This document shows, in pieces, positions 43,101-54,402 of a stretch of 64,000 bases of DNA. The translations under genes were made by a program, and so were the position numbers. The notes beneath the pieces are model-generated. The model was given only the letters and a program-made list of their open reading frames with translations, was not told where the DNA came from and did no database searches. How positions within the stretch are numbered: the first letter of the stretch is position 1; the number at the start of each line of letters is the position of its first letter. Source of the stretch: an uncultured Chromatiales bacterium (lineage in GTDB: Bacteria; Pseudomonadota; Gammaproteobacteria; S012-40); assembly GCA_964442745.1 (NCBI GenBank), contig CAYUAI010000008.1, positions 22,337-86,336 on the forward strand, written 5' to 3'.

Positions 43101-44576
43101 ATGTTTAAAACTTTATACGCTAAATTAGTTATTTCGCTGTTAGTTTTGCTGTCCTTAGTCGGCACAGGCTATCTAGCCATCGCGTTGTACACGACCCCAC
43201 TTTACTTACAAGAACTCAATCAAAAACTCCATCGAACATTAGCCAGTAACCTCGTTAAAGAACAACAATTATTAGAAGATCAGCAAATCAACCATGCGGC
43301 ACTCGAAGCCATTTTTCATAACTTAATGGTCATCAACCCAAGTATCGAAGTCTACCTGAGCGATAACACGGGAAAACTGCTTGCGTACTCTGCACCGCCA
43401 GGAAAAATCAAAAGACAATCCATATCCTTAGACCCAATATACCAATTTTTAGCACAAACCAAAGAATTTCCTATACTCGGCGATGACCCACGCGGTATAC
43501 AACGACAAAAAGTCTTCTCAGTAGCCCCCATTAAAGCAAACAATCAACTTCAGGGTTATCTCTACATTGTGCTTGGCAGCGAAGAATATGACTCCATTAC
43601 CCAGCTCATTAATGGCAGCTATATCCTGCAACTCACCGCCGCTAGTGCCATCATTGCCATACTCATTGTGGTGTTTGCCGGTATCATTCTTTTTAATTTA
43701 TTAACCCGCCGTTTAAGGCTGCTCACTGAAGTCATGAGCTTGTTTAAGCAGAGTGATTTTCAACACCCCGTCACCTTACCGGCACGGTATGACGGACGCG
43801 CTGGCGATGAAATCGATGTATTAGGCACCACCTTTCAACATATGTCTGAACGCATCATTCAGCAAGTCAAACAATTACAACATACCGATGCATCACGCCG
43901 CGAACTGGTCGCCAACGTCTCCCACGATTTACGAACGCCACTGGCCTCTCTGCAAGGTTATTTAGAAACCTTATCGCTAAAAGGTAGCCTGCTCACCCAG
44001 ATGGACAAGCAACATTACATCGAGCTAGCGTTAAAACATAGTCAACGTTTAGGCAAACTCATCAGCGAATTATTTGAATTGGCCATGTTAGATACCCAAG
44101 GCACCCAATCACACTTTGAGACCATTTCTCTCAGTGAACTATTGCAAGATGTGGCGCAAAAATTTCGCTTCAAGGCCGAAGAGAAAAAACTCACCCTCAA
44201 AACATTTTTACCCAAAGACGCCCTGTTTGTCTCAGCGGATATTGCCATGTTAGAGCGGGTATTGGAAAATTTACTGGAAAATGCCATCAAATATACCCAG
44301 ACCGGTGGCACCGTATCACTCACCTTAATCCAAAAAAATAATAAATTGATCACACAGGTTGAAGATACCGGACAAGGCATCCCACCGGAAGACTTGCCAC
44401 ATATCTTTGAACGATTCTATCGCGTCGAAAAGCACCGAAAAAGCTCGCCGGAAGGCACCGGTTTGGGACTCGCCATCTCCAAACGAATTTTACAACTGCA
44501 TGACTCGCCCATTAATGTCACCAGCACCTTGGGTGAAGGCACCTGTTTTTCATTCGTGTTGCCTAATATTTCCTAA
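43101..44576 (+). CDS. Sensor histidine kinase (two TM segments, HAMP, HisKA, HATPase_c)
   Basis: H-box VSHDLRTPL, N-box LENLLENAIKYT, G-boxes DTGQGI and GTGLGLAI. Starts 6 bp after the regulator gene. Confidence 0.9.
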   Translation: MFKTLYAKLVISLLVLLSLVGTGYLAIALYTTPLYLQELNQKLHRTLASNLVKEQQLLEDQQINHAALEAIFHNLMVINPSIEVYLSDNTGKLLAYSAPPGKIKRQSISLDPIYQFLAQTKEFPILGDDPRGIQRQKVFSVAPIKANNQLQGYLYIVLGSEEYDSITQLINGSYILQLTAASAIIAILIVVFAGIILFNLLTRRLRLLTEVMSLFKQSDFQHPVTLPARYDGRAGDEIDVLGTTFQHMSERIIQQVKQLQHTDASRRELVANVSHDLRTPLASLQGYLETLSLKGSLLTQMDKQHYIELALKHSQRLGKLISELFELAMLDTQGTQSHFETISLSELLQDVAQKFRFKAEEKKLTLKTFLPKDALFVSADIAMLERVLENLLENAIKYTQTGGTVSLTLIQKNNKLITQVEDTGQGIPPEDLPHIFERFYRVEKHRKSSPEGTGLGLAISKRILQLHDSPINVTSTLGEGTCFSFVLPNIS

Positions 44577-44583
44577 CATCGTC

Positions 44584-45771
44584 TTAGCAATCCACCCGAA
44601 TAAAAGGAACCAGCAATTCATCCTCAGTTAGGCCACCATGCACACCTATCGGTTGAAAAACACGCTCACCTAACAACGTATCCTTGATAATAAAATGACC
44701 TTTCATTAACAGCACATAATCACCCAGGCGCTCATTCAATAATGGGTGAGCACAACCATCGCCTAAATAGCCTGCCTCGATAAAATCGCTGGCCTTATAT
44801 AACTCACAAACCTCAGTCAATTCGTTGCGCACATAACTTTCAAAAGTCTGTTGATGTCTTACCTGCACATAGCAATACGCCACTCTCGGTTCACCACACA
44901 AAGGCAATGACAAACACGCGGCTAATATCGGGTGATCTTTGACATACACGGTTTGGGCAACCGAGGTATCAATTAAACCATGGTCTGCAGTGATAATTAT
45001 CGTACTATCACTGTGTTGCACCGCACTAAATAACGCATCAAATTTGGCTTCCAAAGCCAGATAGTGATCAAAAACAACCTCACTCGCCACCCCATGCTGA
45101 TGACATAAGCCGTCAAATTCCGGCCAATACGCATAAACAAACTGAGGCTCACGTACTTGATTCAGCGTTACTTCAATTTGCTCAAAAAACGCTGTCAGAT
45201 CATGGTATCCTATGTTTTCTGCCCCTTGATAGGCATATTCACTGAACGCAGAGGAGATTAAATGCTGAGGCGAAATCACCACAACCCGACGATCAAGCTG
45301 ATTAAAGAGCGACGGAACGCCGATGATATCGTAGGGAGTGATGCCGGCCGACGACAGCGATGCGCCATATCTTGAGGCGAACGGCAATAACGCCACCACG
45401 GTACCCAGTTCTTTCAAAAACATAAACCAACCCGTCGCACCATGAGTTTTGGGAGATTGACCCGTCACAAAACTGGTGATAGCGGAGGCGGTCGTACTAG
45501 GAAAAACACTGGTTAAACTATCTTTTAAATACTTTTTTAAGCCACCTTCATTGGCTTTTTCCAGCAGATAACGATACCCCAACCCATCCACAACAACGAG
45601 CACAATATTCGTTTTGAGCTTTAAGTCAGCCGGTGACAATATGGATAATGGCGTTGTATGGATGGGTGAATAGCCACAAGCCTGGGCAATCGATGCCGCC
45701 AGGTTAATAATGCTGTGTTGGTAGTTCGGTTTATTAATCACCCTAATTCCTCGCTGTCCCCCACATAACAA
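44584..45771 (-). CDS. Alkaline-phosphatase-superfamily protein (type I phosphodiesterase/nucleotide pyrophosphatase-like)
   Basis: VVVDGLGYRY…SVFPSTTASAITSFVTG metal-binding and nucleophile region. 395 aa. Confidence 0.6.
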   Translation of the reverse strand: MLCGGQRGIRVINKPNYQHSIINLAASIAQACGYSPIHTTPLSILSPADLKLKTNIVLVVVDGLGYRYLLEKANEGGLKKYLKDSLTSVFPSTTASAITSFVTGQSPKTHGATGWFMFLKELGTVVALLPFASRYGASLSSAGITPYDIIGVPSLFNQLDRRVVVISPQHLISSAFSEYAYQGAENIGYHDLTAFFEQIEVTLNQVREPQFVYAYWPEFDGLCHQHGVASEVVFDHYLALEAKFDALFSAVQHSDSTIIITADHGLIDTSVAQTVYVKDHPILAACLSLPLCGEPRVAYCYVQVRHQQTFESYVRNELTEVCELYKASDFIEAGYLGDGCAHPLLNERLGDYVLLMKGHFIIKDTLLGERVFQPIGVHGGLTEDELLVPFIRVDC

Positions 45772-45804
45772 CGGGTGGGCTTGCTGGTTACAATACTTGA
45801 GCAG

Positions 45805-47019
45805 CTAACGAATTAACGTATTCATATCCAAAATGGGCAACATGATCGCTAACACAATCACGAGTACCGCACCGCCCATTAATAACAACATCATTGGCTC
45901 AAACATACCAACTAAGGCAGATAAAAACGATTCCATTTCGCGCTCTTGGTTGGCGGCGGCACGATCCAGCATTTCTTCCAGTTTGCCGCTGGCTTCACCA
46001 CTGGCAATCAAATGAATTGTCATCGGTGGAAAATAACCACTTTTCTCCAAGGAGGCGGCGATATTCGTTCCTTCCCGTACTCGCTGAGAGGCTTCTGTCA
46101 CGGCTTCTCGCATGGGAATATTTCCCATCACTTGGGCTGAAATACGCATCGCATCCAAAACGGGCACCCCACTGGCCGATAAAATACTAAAAGTACGGGC
46201 AAACCGTGCCGTATTAAGGCCACGAGTCAACTTCGAGAGCATAGGAATCGTTAACAAAATGCGATGGAATTGCCGCTTAAACCCTTCAAAGCGTAAAAAA
46301 TAACTAAAGCAGAAAACCCCAATAGCTAAAAAAATCACCACCAAATAGCCATAACTGCTAATAAAATCACTCACTGCAATGAGCCCTTGGGTTAGCACGG
46401 GTAGCTCTTGCCCTGTGTGCTGAAACATTTGCACGACTTTAGGTACCACAAAGGCCAACAATACCATCACCACCACCACGGCCACAATGGTAATTAAAAT
46501 CGGGTATAGCAAGGCCAACATGATTTTTTGCTTCATTTGTTGGCGTGCTTCGGTGTAATCTGCCAACCGATCCAACACCACATTCAGGTAGCCTGAATGC
46601 TCCCCGGCTTCCACCGTGCTGCGATATAATTCCGAGAATATATGTGGGAAATCCGCTAACGCCGCCGCGAGAGTATGCCCCTCCAACACCCGAGAACGCA
46701 CTCCCATCATCATGCTCTTCAAGCGAGGTTTTTCGGTTTGCTGCGATACCGCTCGCAGAGCCTCTTCCACGGGTAAACTCGAACCCACCAAGGTCGCTAA
46801 CTGCCGGGTAATCAATGCCAGATCGGATGCATTAATACCCCGAACAAAGAGGGATTGAGCTTGTTTGCGCCCTTCACGTTGCAGCACTTCCTCCACAGCT
46901 AAGGGCATCCAACCCTGGTCACGCAAGGTCTGGCGTACTTGGCGTGCGGTATCCCCCTCTAAAACCCCTTTCTTTTCCTTACCACCACTATCTAAAGCGG
47001 TATATTCAAACGCACCCAT
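45805..47019 (-). CDS. gspF: Type II secretion system protein F
   Basis: MGAFEYTALDSGGKEKKG… with two GspF repeats and three TM segments. Confidence 0.85.
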   Translation of the reverse strand: MGAFEYTALDSGGKEKKGVLEGDTARQVRQTLRDQGWMPLAVEEVLQREGRKQAQSLFVRGINASDLALITRQLATLVGSSLPVEEALRAVSQQTEKPRLKSMMMGVRSRVLEGHTLAAALADFPHIFSELYRSTVEAGEHSGYLNVVLDRLADYTEARQQMKQKIMLALLYPILITIVAVVVVMVLLAFVVPKVVQMFQHTGQELPVLTQGLIAVSDFISSYGYLVVIFLAIGVFCFSYFLRFEGFKRQFHRILLTIPMLSKLTRGLNTARFARTFSILSASGVPVLDAMRISAQVMGNIPMREAVTEASQRVREGTNIAASLEKSGYFPPMTIHLIASGEASGKLEEMLDRAAANQEREMESFLSALVGMFEPMMLLLMGGAVLVIVLAIMLPILDMNTLIR

Positions 47020-47057
47020 AAATTGATTGGCCTATTTAATTTTCATAACCTCGCGGG

Positions 47058-48599
47058 CTAGCCCTCTTGTGTCACTCGCAACACTTCTTCTAAAGAGGTT
47101 TCGCCCTTTAATACGCGTCGCATACCATCTTGGCGAATGCTTTTAGAATGTTTTCGAGCTTGCCCTTCCATGATATGTTCGCCCTTGCCGTCATGAATCA
47201 TGGTTCTTAATACTTCATCGATTTCGATTAATTCATATATCCCAGTACGCCCGCGATAACCTAAATCGTTGCAGGCGGCACAACCGACCGGTTGATAAAT
47301 AGTCGGTTGACTCTCTGCCTCTTCACCTAAAATGCGGCAGTCATTAGCATTGGCTGTTACCAGCTGTTTACACTCATTACACAACAATCGAACCAAACGT
47401 TGTGCTAACACACCGAGTAAACTGGAGGATAATAAGAAAGGTTCAACGCCCATATCGCGCAATCGAGTCACCGCACCCACCGCGGTATTGGTATGTAAGG
47501 TAGACAACACAAGATGGCCCGTCAAACTGGCTTGCACAGCAATTTCTGCGGTTTCTAAATCACGAATTTCGCCCACCATCACCACATCAGGATCTTGTCG
47601 CAAAATGGCCCGCAGTCCACGTGCAAAGGTCATATCCACCTTGGTATTTACATTGGTTTGACCTACCCCGTCTAAATAATATTCAATGGGATCTTCAACG
47701 GTCATAATATTACGTTTACGATTATTCAAGCGAGTCAGTCCCGCATATAATGTCGTCGTTTTTCCTGAACCTGTTGGCCCCGTCACCAACAAAATACCAT
47801 GGGGTTTATGGATGATACGGTTCATCATATTAAGGTTTTCAAGCGACATACCTAGGTGTCCTAAGTCCATACGACCGGCTTGCTTATCCAACAACCGTAA
47901 TACCACCCGCTCGCCATGCCCGGATGGTAACGTCGAAACCCGAACATCCACCGCACGTCCGGCAATGCGCAAGGAAATACGCCCATCTTGCGGTAAACGC
48001 TTTTCGGCAATGTCCAATTTAGCCATGACCTTAATGCGTGATACGATCAGTGACGTAATGGCGCGTTGTTGCTCTAACACTTCGCGCAATACACCATCGA
48101 CTCGCAATCGTACCACCAACCGATTCTCAAATGGTTCAATGTGAATATCCGATGCATCCTCTTTGATAGCTTCGGTTAATAGCGCATTAATTAATCGAAT
48201 AATCGGCGCATCATCTTGGGTTTCCAATAAGTCTTGTGGCTCAGCCAGCTCTTTGGCGACACTGGACAAATCAAACTCATCACCAAATTCGTCGGCCATT
48301 TGCATCGCCTGCTGCGAGCCTTTTTCATAAAGCTCCCGTAGCATTTGATCAAATTTGTCTTCATCAACCCCATGGATTGACAAAGACTTTTGCACATACC
48401 GACGCAATTCGCTCAAAGCTAACAACGTCACTTTCGGCCCACAATAAATGACCGCGTCTTGCGGCGACTGACTAGCGATCAGCACCTGATGACGTTTAGC
48501 AAACGCAAATGATAATGAGCGCTCAACAGGTAAAGACGCTAAAATTTCGTTGGTGCTCGGCGCAGGCACCGATGGCACACTCAGCACAGGTGCATTCAT
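47058..48599 (-). CDS. gspE: Type II secretion ATPase GspE
   Basis: Walker A GPTGSGKTTT, Asp/His boxes and the C-terminal CxxC…CxxC zinc motif. Confidence 0.9.
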   Translation of the reverse strand: MNAPVLSVPSVPAPSTNEILASLPVERSLSFAFAKRHQVLIASQSPQDAVIYCGPKVTLLALSELRRYVQKSLSIHGVDEDKFDQMLRELYEKGSQQAMQMADEFGDEFDLSSVAKELAEPQDLLETQDDAPIIRLINALLTEAIKEDASDIHIEPFENRLVVRLRVDGVLREVLEQQRAITSLIVSRIKVMAKLDIAEKRLPQDGRISLRIAGRAVDVRVSTLPSGHGERVVLRLLDKQAGRMDLGHLGMSLENLNMMNRIIHKPHGILLVTGPTGSGKTTTLYAGLTRLNNRKRNIMTVEDPIEYYLDGVGQTNVNTKVDMTFARGLRAILRQDPDVVMVGEIRDLETAEIAVQASLTGHLVLSTLHTNTAVGAVTRLRDMGVEPFLLSSSLLGVLAQRLVRLLCNECKQLVTANANDCRILGEEAESQPTIYQPVGCAACNDLGYRGRTGIYELIEIDEVLRTMIHDGKGEHIMEGQARKHSKSIRQDGMRRVLKGETSLEEVLRVTQEG

Positions 48600-48611
48600 A
48601 TTGAGTCACAT

Positions 48612-50705
48612 TTAAAAGAAATCATCATCAAAACCGGTATTTTCGGTTTCATCTTCATTATTATCCTGGCTCTCTGGGGTTATCTTGGGCGGCTCAGAAA
48701 ACCCTTTATCGAGCGTACTCGATGATGGGGTGTTTTTGGGAACATTCTCTAAATCCTTGCTCACGTATTCTTCGATAGAAGGTAACAATGGCGCATCTTT
48801 GTTCGTCATAATACCATTATTATCACCGCGCACCATCAATTGCTGGGCACGCAAAAAATTATACTTACTGTTGGTCACGGCAGTCGTCACCGCCGCATCC
48901 CGTAAAATCACTGGCCGTAAAAAAACCATTAAATTGGTTTTGTCTTTGGTGGTTCGATTATAACGAAATAAACGACCAATCAAGGGCAAATCACCCAATA
49001 AAGGCACTTTTTGCACACTTTCATTCTGGTCGTCGGTAATTAAACCACCTAAAATAACGGCATCTCGGTCATTCACCAAAACGCTGGTTTTTATTCTGCG
49101 CTGGCTGGTCACCAAATTCGCCTGCCCCGCCGTCCCTGAAGTAATCGAGTCAACCGTTTGCTCGATATCCAGTTTTATGGCGTCTCCTTCGTTAATCTGT
49201 GGTTTGACCTTTAAACTGATACCAACCTGCTTCGATTTGAATGTCGTAAAAGGATTCGTGACACCCGAACCTCCCCCAGGGGATGTAAAACTACCACTGG
49301 GCATGGATACTTCTTTACCGACAAATATTTCGGCTTCCTCATTGTCCAGGGTAACAATATTGGGGGTAGACAATAAATTGGCCGCGCCTTCACCGGCGAG
49401 CGCATTAATGATGGCCGCAAAACTATAACCTCCTTCGCTAAAACGCCCTAAACCTAAAGTCAGTCCCTGACCAATCGGAGGAATCGTGTTCGCACCACTC
49501 GCAATGGTACCAAGCAAATTGACAATATTATTTGAGCCAAAACTTGAAACCCCCACCGGCTTAGAACCCGGATCACTGCCACCGGCCACCCATTGCACCC
49601 CTAACTCTGAAGTACGGCTGGATGATACTTCAGCAATCACGGCCTCCACCAACACCTGTGCTCGCCTGATATCGAGTTTTCGAATCACGGTTTCCAAGGA
49701 ACGAAAAATATCAGGGGCCGCTGTGATCACTAATGCATTAGAACTTTCATCCGCTTGAATATTAAAATTGGTGGACGCTTGCGATGTGGCACGTTTGCGA
49801 CCTTTAGTTTTACCTTTCGCTTTGGTTTTACCAACACCGGTCAATACCGCAACTAAATCTTTTGCTTTGGCGTAGCGCAAATAAATCACGTGAGTATTAC
49901 CAATTGTCTCTGAGGGCGTATCGAGATGGGCAATAATGGCTTTTAAAGACAAACGTACCGTTTTGTCCCCGCCAATTAAAATACTATTGGTCCGCTCATC
50001 CGCCACTAAGGTGGGTATTCCCACCTTCGGGTCCTTTTTTTTGGTTTGCTGACGTAAAGCGGTCAGTATTCTAACAATCTCACTGGAGGAAGCATGCTCA
50101 AGTTGTACGATCTCAATTTCGCTGCCACTGGGTTCGTCAATTTTTTTAATGATTTTCATTAACCGCTCAATATTATTCACCCGATCCGCAATGATTAACG
50201 TATTGGTTTGAGCATGCGCCGCTAAATGACCTTGCGGTGGAACCAGTGGTCGTAAAATAGGTACTAACTGGGCCGCCGCAATATGTTCAATACCCACCAC
50301 TTGCGTTACAATTTCGTCGCCTCGCCCTTTGGATGGCGTACCACTGTGTTTAGCATCAGCATCCGGTACAATTTTTATGACACTGCCCGCAGGTACCGCC
50401 GCAAATCCATGCACTTCTAACACCGCCAAAAAAACCTGGTAAACTTGTGCTTTCGTTAATTTTTTAGTGGAAGAAATAACGGTAATCTTACCCTTTACCC
50501 GAGGATCAACGATGAAATTTTTACCGGTAATTTCGGCAACCGTACCGATGAACGCGTTAATATCCGCCCCCTTCATGTTCAGCCCGCCTTTAGCAAACAC
50601 CGGCGGCGATAAACAAATCAATAACACCATCAACAAGACAGTTTTATCACCTAGTCGCCGGAGATTCACATTCATTCGAAACAATTTATTTTCTGTTGTT
50701 AACAT
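48612..50705 (-). CDS. gspD: Type II secretion secretin GspD
   Basis: Signal peptide, N0-N3 domains, the secretin domain (…VPLLGDLPLIGRLFR…) and a C-terminal acidic tail. Confidence 0.9.
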   Translation of the reverse strand: MLTTENKLFRMNVNLRRLGDKTVLLMVLLICLSPPVFAKGGLNMKGADINAFIGTVAEITGKNFIVDPRVKGKITVISSTKKLTKAQVYQVFLAVLEVHGFAAVPAGSVIKIVPDADAKHSGTPSKGRGDEIVTQVVGIEHIAAAQLVPILRPLVPPQGHLAAHAQTNTLIIADRVNNIERLMKIIKKIDEPSGSEIEIVQLEHASSSEIVRILTALRQQTKKKDPKVGIPTLVADERTNSILIGGDKTVRLSLKAIIAHLDTPSETIGNTHVIYLRYAKAKDLVAVLTGVGKTKAKGKTKGRKRATSQASTNFNIQADESSNALVITAAPDIFRSLETVIRKLDIRRAQVLVEAVIAEVSSSRTSELGVQWVAGGSDPGSKPVGVSSFGSNNIVNLLGTIASGANTIPPIGQGLTLGLGRFSEGGYSFAAIINALAGEGAANLLSTPNIVTLDNEEAEIFVGKEVSMPSGSFTSPGGGSGVTNPFTTFKSKQVGISLKVKPQINEGDAIKLDIEQTVDSITSGTAGQANLVTSQRRIKTSVLVNDRDAVILGGLITDDQNESVQKVPLLGDLPLIGRLFRYNRTTKDKTNLMVFLRPVILRDAAVTTAVTNSKYNFLRAQQLMVRGDNNGIMTNKDAPLLPSIEEYVSKDLENVPKNTPSSSTLDKGFSEPPKITPESQDNNEDETENTGFDDDFF

Positions 50706-50791
50706 TGCTAAAAAACCTTAGGTTTCAAACATAAAGGTTAGTCATACCGATATGCAATCGTGTCAATAATAAAATTAGAAGGCCTGTTATA

Positions 50792-51775
50792 TCAATTGAG
50801 TGGAACAACCATCGATTGTGATACCCCATCTCTTAGCACATCCACAGTGATTTCTGAGGCATCGGCTAAGTCTTGCATCACCTCCAAGCCTTTTAGCGGA
50901 CTATCTAAGGTAATTCCATTCACTGAAGTCACCACATCCCCTGAACGAAGACCAACATCAGCCATAATGCGTTTATCCTGACCGGGGAAAATCCGGTATC
51001 CTTGTAATTTGCCACCCCGCCGAAAAGGCTCCGCGCGTAACACATTCAGCATGGACTGCGGATCATTAATTAATTTATCTCGATAAGTACGTAATGTTTG
51101 CCGCGCCCGTGGAGACACCGTGGTAGTTGAAGCTAATGGTTGCCGGCTAGATGGACGACGTGAGGAAACGGCAGAGCGTGAAGAGCGCATATTCGAACCC
51201 GAACGCGTTTGGGCTTGTCGCCGATTATTGGTGGGCAACTGATCCTGAGGCAAACGCAGTGTCTCAAATCGGTTATTATGTAATAATATAATTCTATCTT
51301 GATGAATTTCTTTAATTATCGCCCCTCCCGGCAATGGTTTCTCATCATCATCAACTCGGTAAAACTCCTCGTTACCCACACGATCCGCAATAATCGCCCA
51401 GGAACTTCCAGGATCATTGGAGGCAAAAACACCGCGCAATGTCAAACGAAGCTGGGTATCCGGAGCAATCTTAGGCGTCGGTGGTGGCGGCGGTTTTGGC
51501 TTGTGGGTTTCGACCTGGCCAAACAAATGCAAACTCGCCACCGATTGCATCTGAAATGCATCCTCATTAGCAACTTGGGTGGCATTTTTAGTTTTTTGTA
51601 CTCTCAGAGGCGGGGCCGCCTGAAACTCTGGCGAAGGAATCACCATCCATGTCAAACTCGCTAAGCTATAGGCTACTACAATCAGTAAAACGATATTAGC
51701 AAATAGCGGCAAGCGTTCATTAATTTGCCTTAAACTAAAAGGAAACCGAATATCTTTTACGCTCATCAACCGCAT
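50792..51775 (-). CDS. gspC: Type II secretion protein GspC (TM anchor, HR domain, C-terminal PDZ)
   Basis: N-terminal TM segment, Pro-rich linker and a C-terminal PDZ-like segment, upstream of gspD. Confidence 0.7.
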   Translation of the reverse strand: MRLMSVKDIRFPFSLRQINERLPLFANIVLLIVVAYSLASLTWMVIPSPEFQAAPPLRVQKTKNATQVANEDAFQMQSVASLHLFGQVETHKPKPPPPPTPKIAPDTQLRLTLRGVFASNDPGSSWAIIADRVGNEEFYRVDDDEKPLPGGAIIKEIHQDRIILLHNNRFETLRLPQDQLPTNNRRQAQTRSGSNMRSSRSAVSSRRPSSRQPLASTTTVSPRARQTLRTYRDKLINDPQSMLNVLRAEPFRRGGKLQGYRIFPGQDKRIMADVGLRSGDVVTSVNGITLDSPLKGLEVMQDLADASEITVDVLRDGVSQSMVVPLN

Positions 51776-52208
51776 CAGGTTTCTATACTATTCCTTGAAA
51801 TTCTCTTAAATATTGCGCATCATACACAACACAAACTTACAATTCACCCACAATTGAGCAACAACCTTTGGATACGACTCTTTAATCGCTTAGATAGTTT
51901 CGATTTGCCCACATTCCTCGCAAATATAGCCAACAACAGACAACGAAGCAGATCAGCTTGTGTTCCCATCCATCAACCCTAATATACTCGTTAACCAATC
52001 CCACGACTCATCTAAAAGCTTAAAAATCACACGACAGCAACTTAACAAGCAACGACAAAATCGAGCGAATCATTGCATAAACGATAGTACGAAGTGATTT
52101 CGTCTTTGGATTAATAAAGCAAAAATTACTCCATGTGAACATAAAAGGGAAAGATGACAATGACAAGTGACGAGAGAATCTAGTACGGCATCAACGGAGT
52201 CTTGGATG

Positions 52209-54398
52209 CTATTGGCGGGAAATTTTTATGGTATAATCACCATAGCGTCCCGCAGAAAGATAGGGCTCGGGGTCAGGTGTGCTTGATATATGTACGGTAT
52301 AAGTGCCGGTCGAATTCGCAACAAAAGTGACTTTTGAAGATAACGCAGAGGCATTGTTTTTGACCCGAGATTCACCACACAACGCGTCAAAAGTACGATA
52401 AGCATTCTCGAGCTGGTCATCGTTATCCATCACCACCGTGGTACTCATTGTCAAGTTATTGTCGCCTGGCGGTAACACTTTAAGATAGGTATCTGCCCCA
52501 CTTCTTAAATTAAATGTTTCCACTGTATAGCTAACACCCTGAAATCCATCAAATGCAAGGATATCAACATCAGGCACTCCATCCGCTTGATATAGCGTAT
52601 GAGTTTCTTCTCGACCTAATCCAATTTTTCGAATATTCGATACCTCATTATCAAACTCATAACGATCTTCGGTATAAAAAACCTGGCGATGTTGAAAAAT
52701 GTTTTCCATCGCTCGCTGTGCTAACAAATTAGGGTTGTGCTGCGCCAACCAACCGTCCCAAAAGGCTTCTAAATTAATCGGCGTCGATATACTAGGCAAC
52801 TGATGGTAAAAGACATCCCATACCGCTTGCATACCTTTTTCTTGAACGATATCCCAAAGTATTTTCGCCACCGCAATCTCATTCGACGCATAAATATAAG
52901 TGGTATTGCCCACCGCCGCAATATCTATCGCAATCAGCGAGCGATTACCCGCCGTATCAATGTAAGTCGTGCTCGGAATACCTTCTGCGACAGACAATAG
53001 CTGGCTTCGTTGCTCATCAGCGGCTAACCAGGATTTGATCGCCATCGGAAAAAAGTCCCCCCAGCCTTCACTCCAGGATAATCGCAAATCTAAATCATTA
53101 CTGGACAATAAATGACACCCCCCCGGTGAATCATCTTTCGAAAAATGCGCGGCAACAAAATGACCGAACTCATGCCACAATACATCATCGTCAAATTCAT
53201 CCGTATCGCCAAATATCCCTTCATTGTAAATATAAATACCCGCCCCCTGTTGGCAATAAGCGCGATCTTTATTGGTGCAAAAATAAGTGCCTCGCGAATT
53301 ATTTGGCTGCCAATACGCCGCCAACGCAGGTATCCTATCACTGATCAACGTATTAACAAATTCTCCACCAATAAGAAAAACATCTAAAATATTAAACGCC
53401 GCGACGGCCGTATTCTCATCATCAATGTCCATTAGCACGTCAGCTGCCGAAGTCGTAATATCAATGGCTTGCGTCACCGCATATAAATTACCCGATAAAT
53501 CATTCACCTCAAATGAATAACCGGACTGATCATCGGTTTTGCTAATCACCCGAACGGTATAGCGATCAGGAACGACGGAGGTAAATACAAAACGCCCTGA
53601 ATTATCTGTGCTTACCGTCTGTAAAATACGCCCCGCTTTGGACACTAAATCAACTAAAGCAAAACGGACAGATTTGAATATCTGTTTGCTTCTATTGCTG
53701 CCCTGATTACTGTATTCTCTATCCTGATAGCGTATGACACCCGTCACATTGACTGCAGAGCTATTCACGATCATTGTCAACGGCGTACTTACCCCATAGG
53801 CCGTTGCGACAATACTTGTTGAACCATCAGCAACCGCACTCACCAAACCACTTTCATCAACCGTTAAAATGTCCGTATTCTCGCTTTGCCACTGAATTTT
53901 TGGCTGAATGGCCAAAGGTTCGCCATTGGCCATATTCACCTGCGCAGAGACCCGACTCTGACTCCCAATTTGTCTAAGATAATCTATCGCCGTCAATACC
54001 GATACATTGATGGCACCCGTGTACACAAACATATCAACCGTTTCAGTAAAACCATTCGCCGACACAGAAATCACCGCCCGCCCATCACCCATGGCCGTCA
54101 ATAACCCTTCATGGTTCACATCGATCACCGCCTTATTAGACGTCGACCACTGGAACACCGACAAACTCGCCGGTGGTTCACCTTGCTCATCCGTCATCTG
54201 TACATTCAGTTGTTGTTGAGCTCCCAATTGTCTAAATAACAAGGGGGCCTCTGAAGGTATAATTTTAATCACTGGTGAGGACAGGCTCGCATCGGTTTGG
54301 GCGACCGAATCATTGCTCGAATGTTGACAAGCCATTAATGCCAACAACAAACCAAACATCGCGCCATAGGAGCCTATTTTAGAAAACCTGACTTTCAT
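52209..54398 (-). CDS. Lipoprotein zinc metalloprotease with tandem Big_2 domains, a CarbopepD_reg-like domain, an HExxH catalytic domain and a C-terminal PPC-like domain
   Basis: Lipobox LLALMAC. Two Big_2-like repeats (…ISVSANGFT…, …IVATAYGVST…). Zinc motif VLWHEFGHFVAAHF. 729 aa. Confidence 0.65.
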   Translation of the reverse strand: MKVRFSKIGSYGAMFGLLLALMACQHSSNDSVAQTDASLSSPVIKIIPSEAPLLFRQLGAQQQLNVQMTDEQGEPPASLSVFQWSTSNKAVIDVNHEGLLTAMGDGRAVISVSANGFTETVDMFVYTGAINVSVLTAIDYLRQIGSQSRVSAQVNMANGEPLAIQPKIQWQSENTDILTVDESGLVSAVADGSTSIVATAYGVSTPLTMIVNSSAVNVTGVIRYQDREYSNQGSNRSKQIFKSVRFALVDLVSKAGRILQTVSTDNSGRFVFTSVVPDRYTVRVISKTDDQSGYSFEVNDLSGNLYAVTQAIDITTSAADVLMDIDDENTAVAAFNILDVFLIGGEFVNTLISDRIPALAAYWQPNNSRGTYFCTNKDRAYCQQGAGIYIYNEGIFGDTDEFDDDVLWHEFGHFVAAHFSKDDSPGGCHLLSSNDLDLRLSWSEGWGDFFPMAIKSWLAADEQRSQLLSVAEGIPSTTYIDTAGNRSLIAIDIAAVGNTTYIYASNEIAVAKILWDIVQEKGMQAVWDVFYHQLPSISTPINLEAFWDGWLAQHNPNLLAQRAMENIFQHRQVFYTEDRYEFDNEVSNIRKIGLGREETHTLYQADGVPDVDILAFDGFQGVSYTVETFNLRSGADTYLKVLPPGDNNLTMSTTVVMDNDDQLENAYRTFDALCGESRVKNNASALSSKVTFVANSTGTYTVHISSTPDPEPYLSAGRYGDYTIKISRQ

Positions 54399-54402
54399 GA
54401 CG

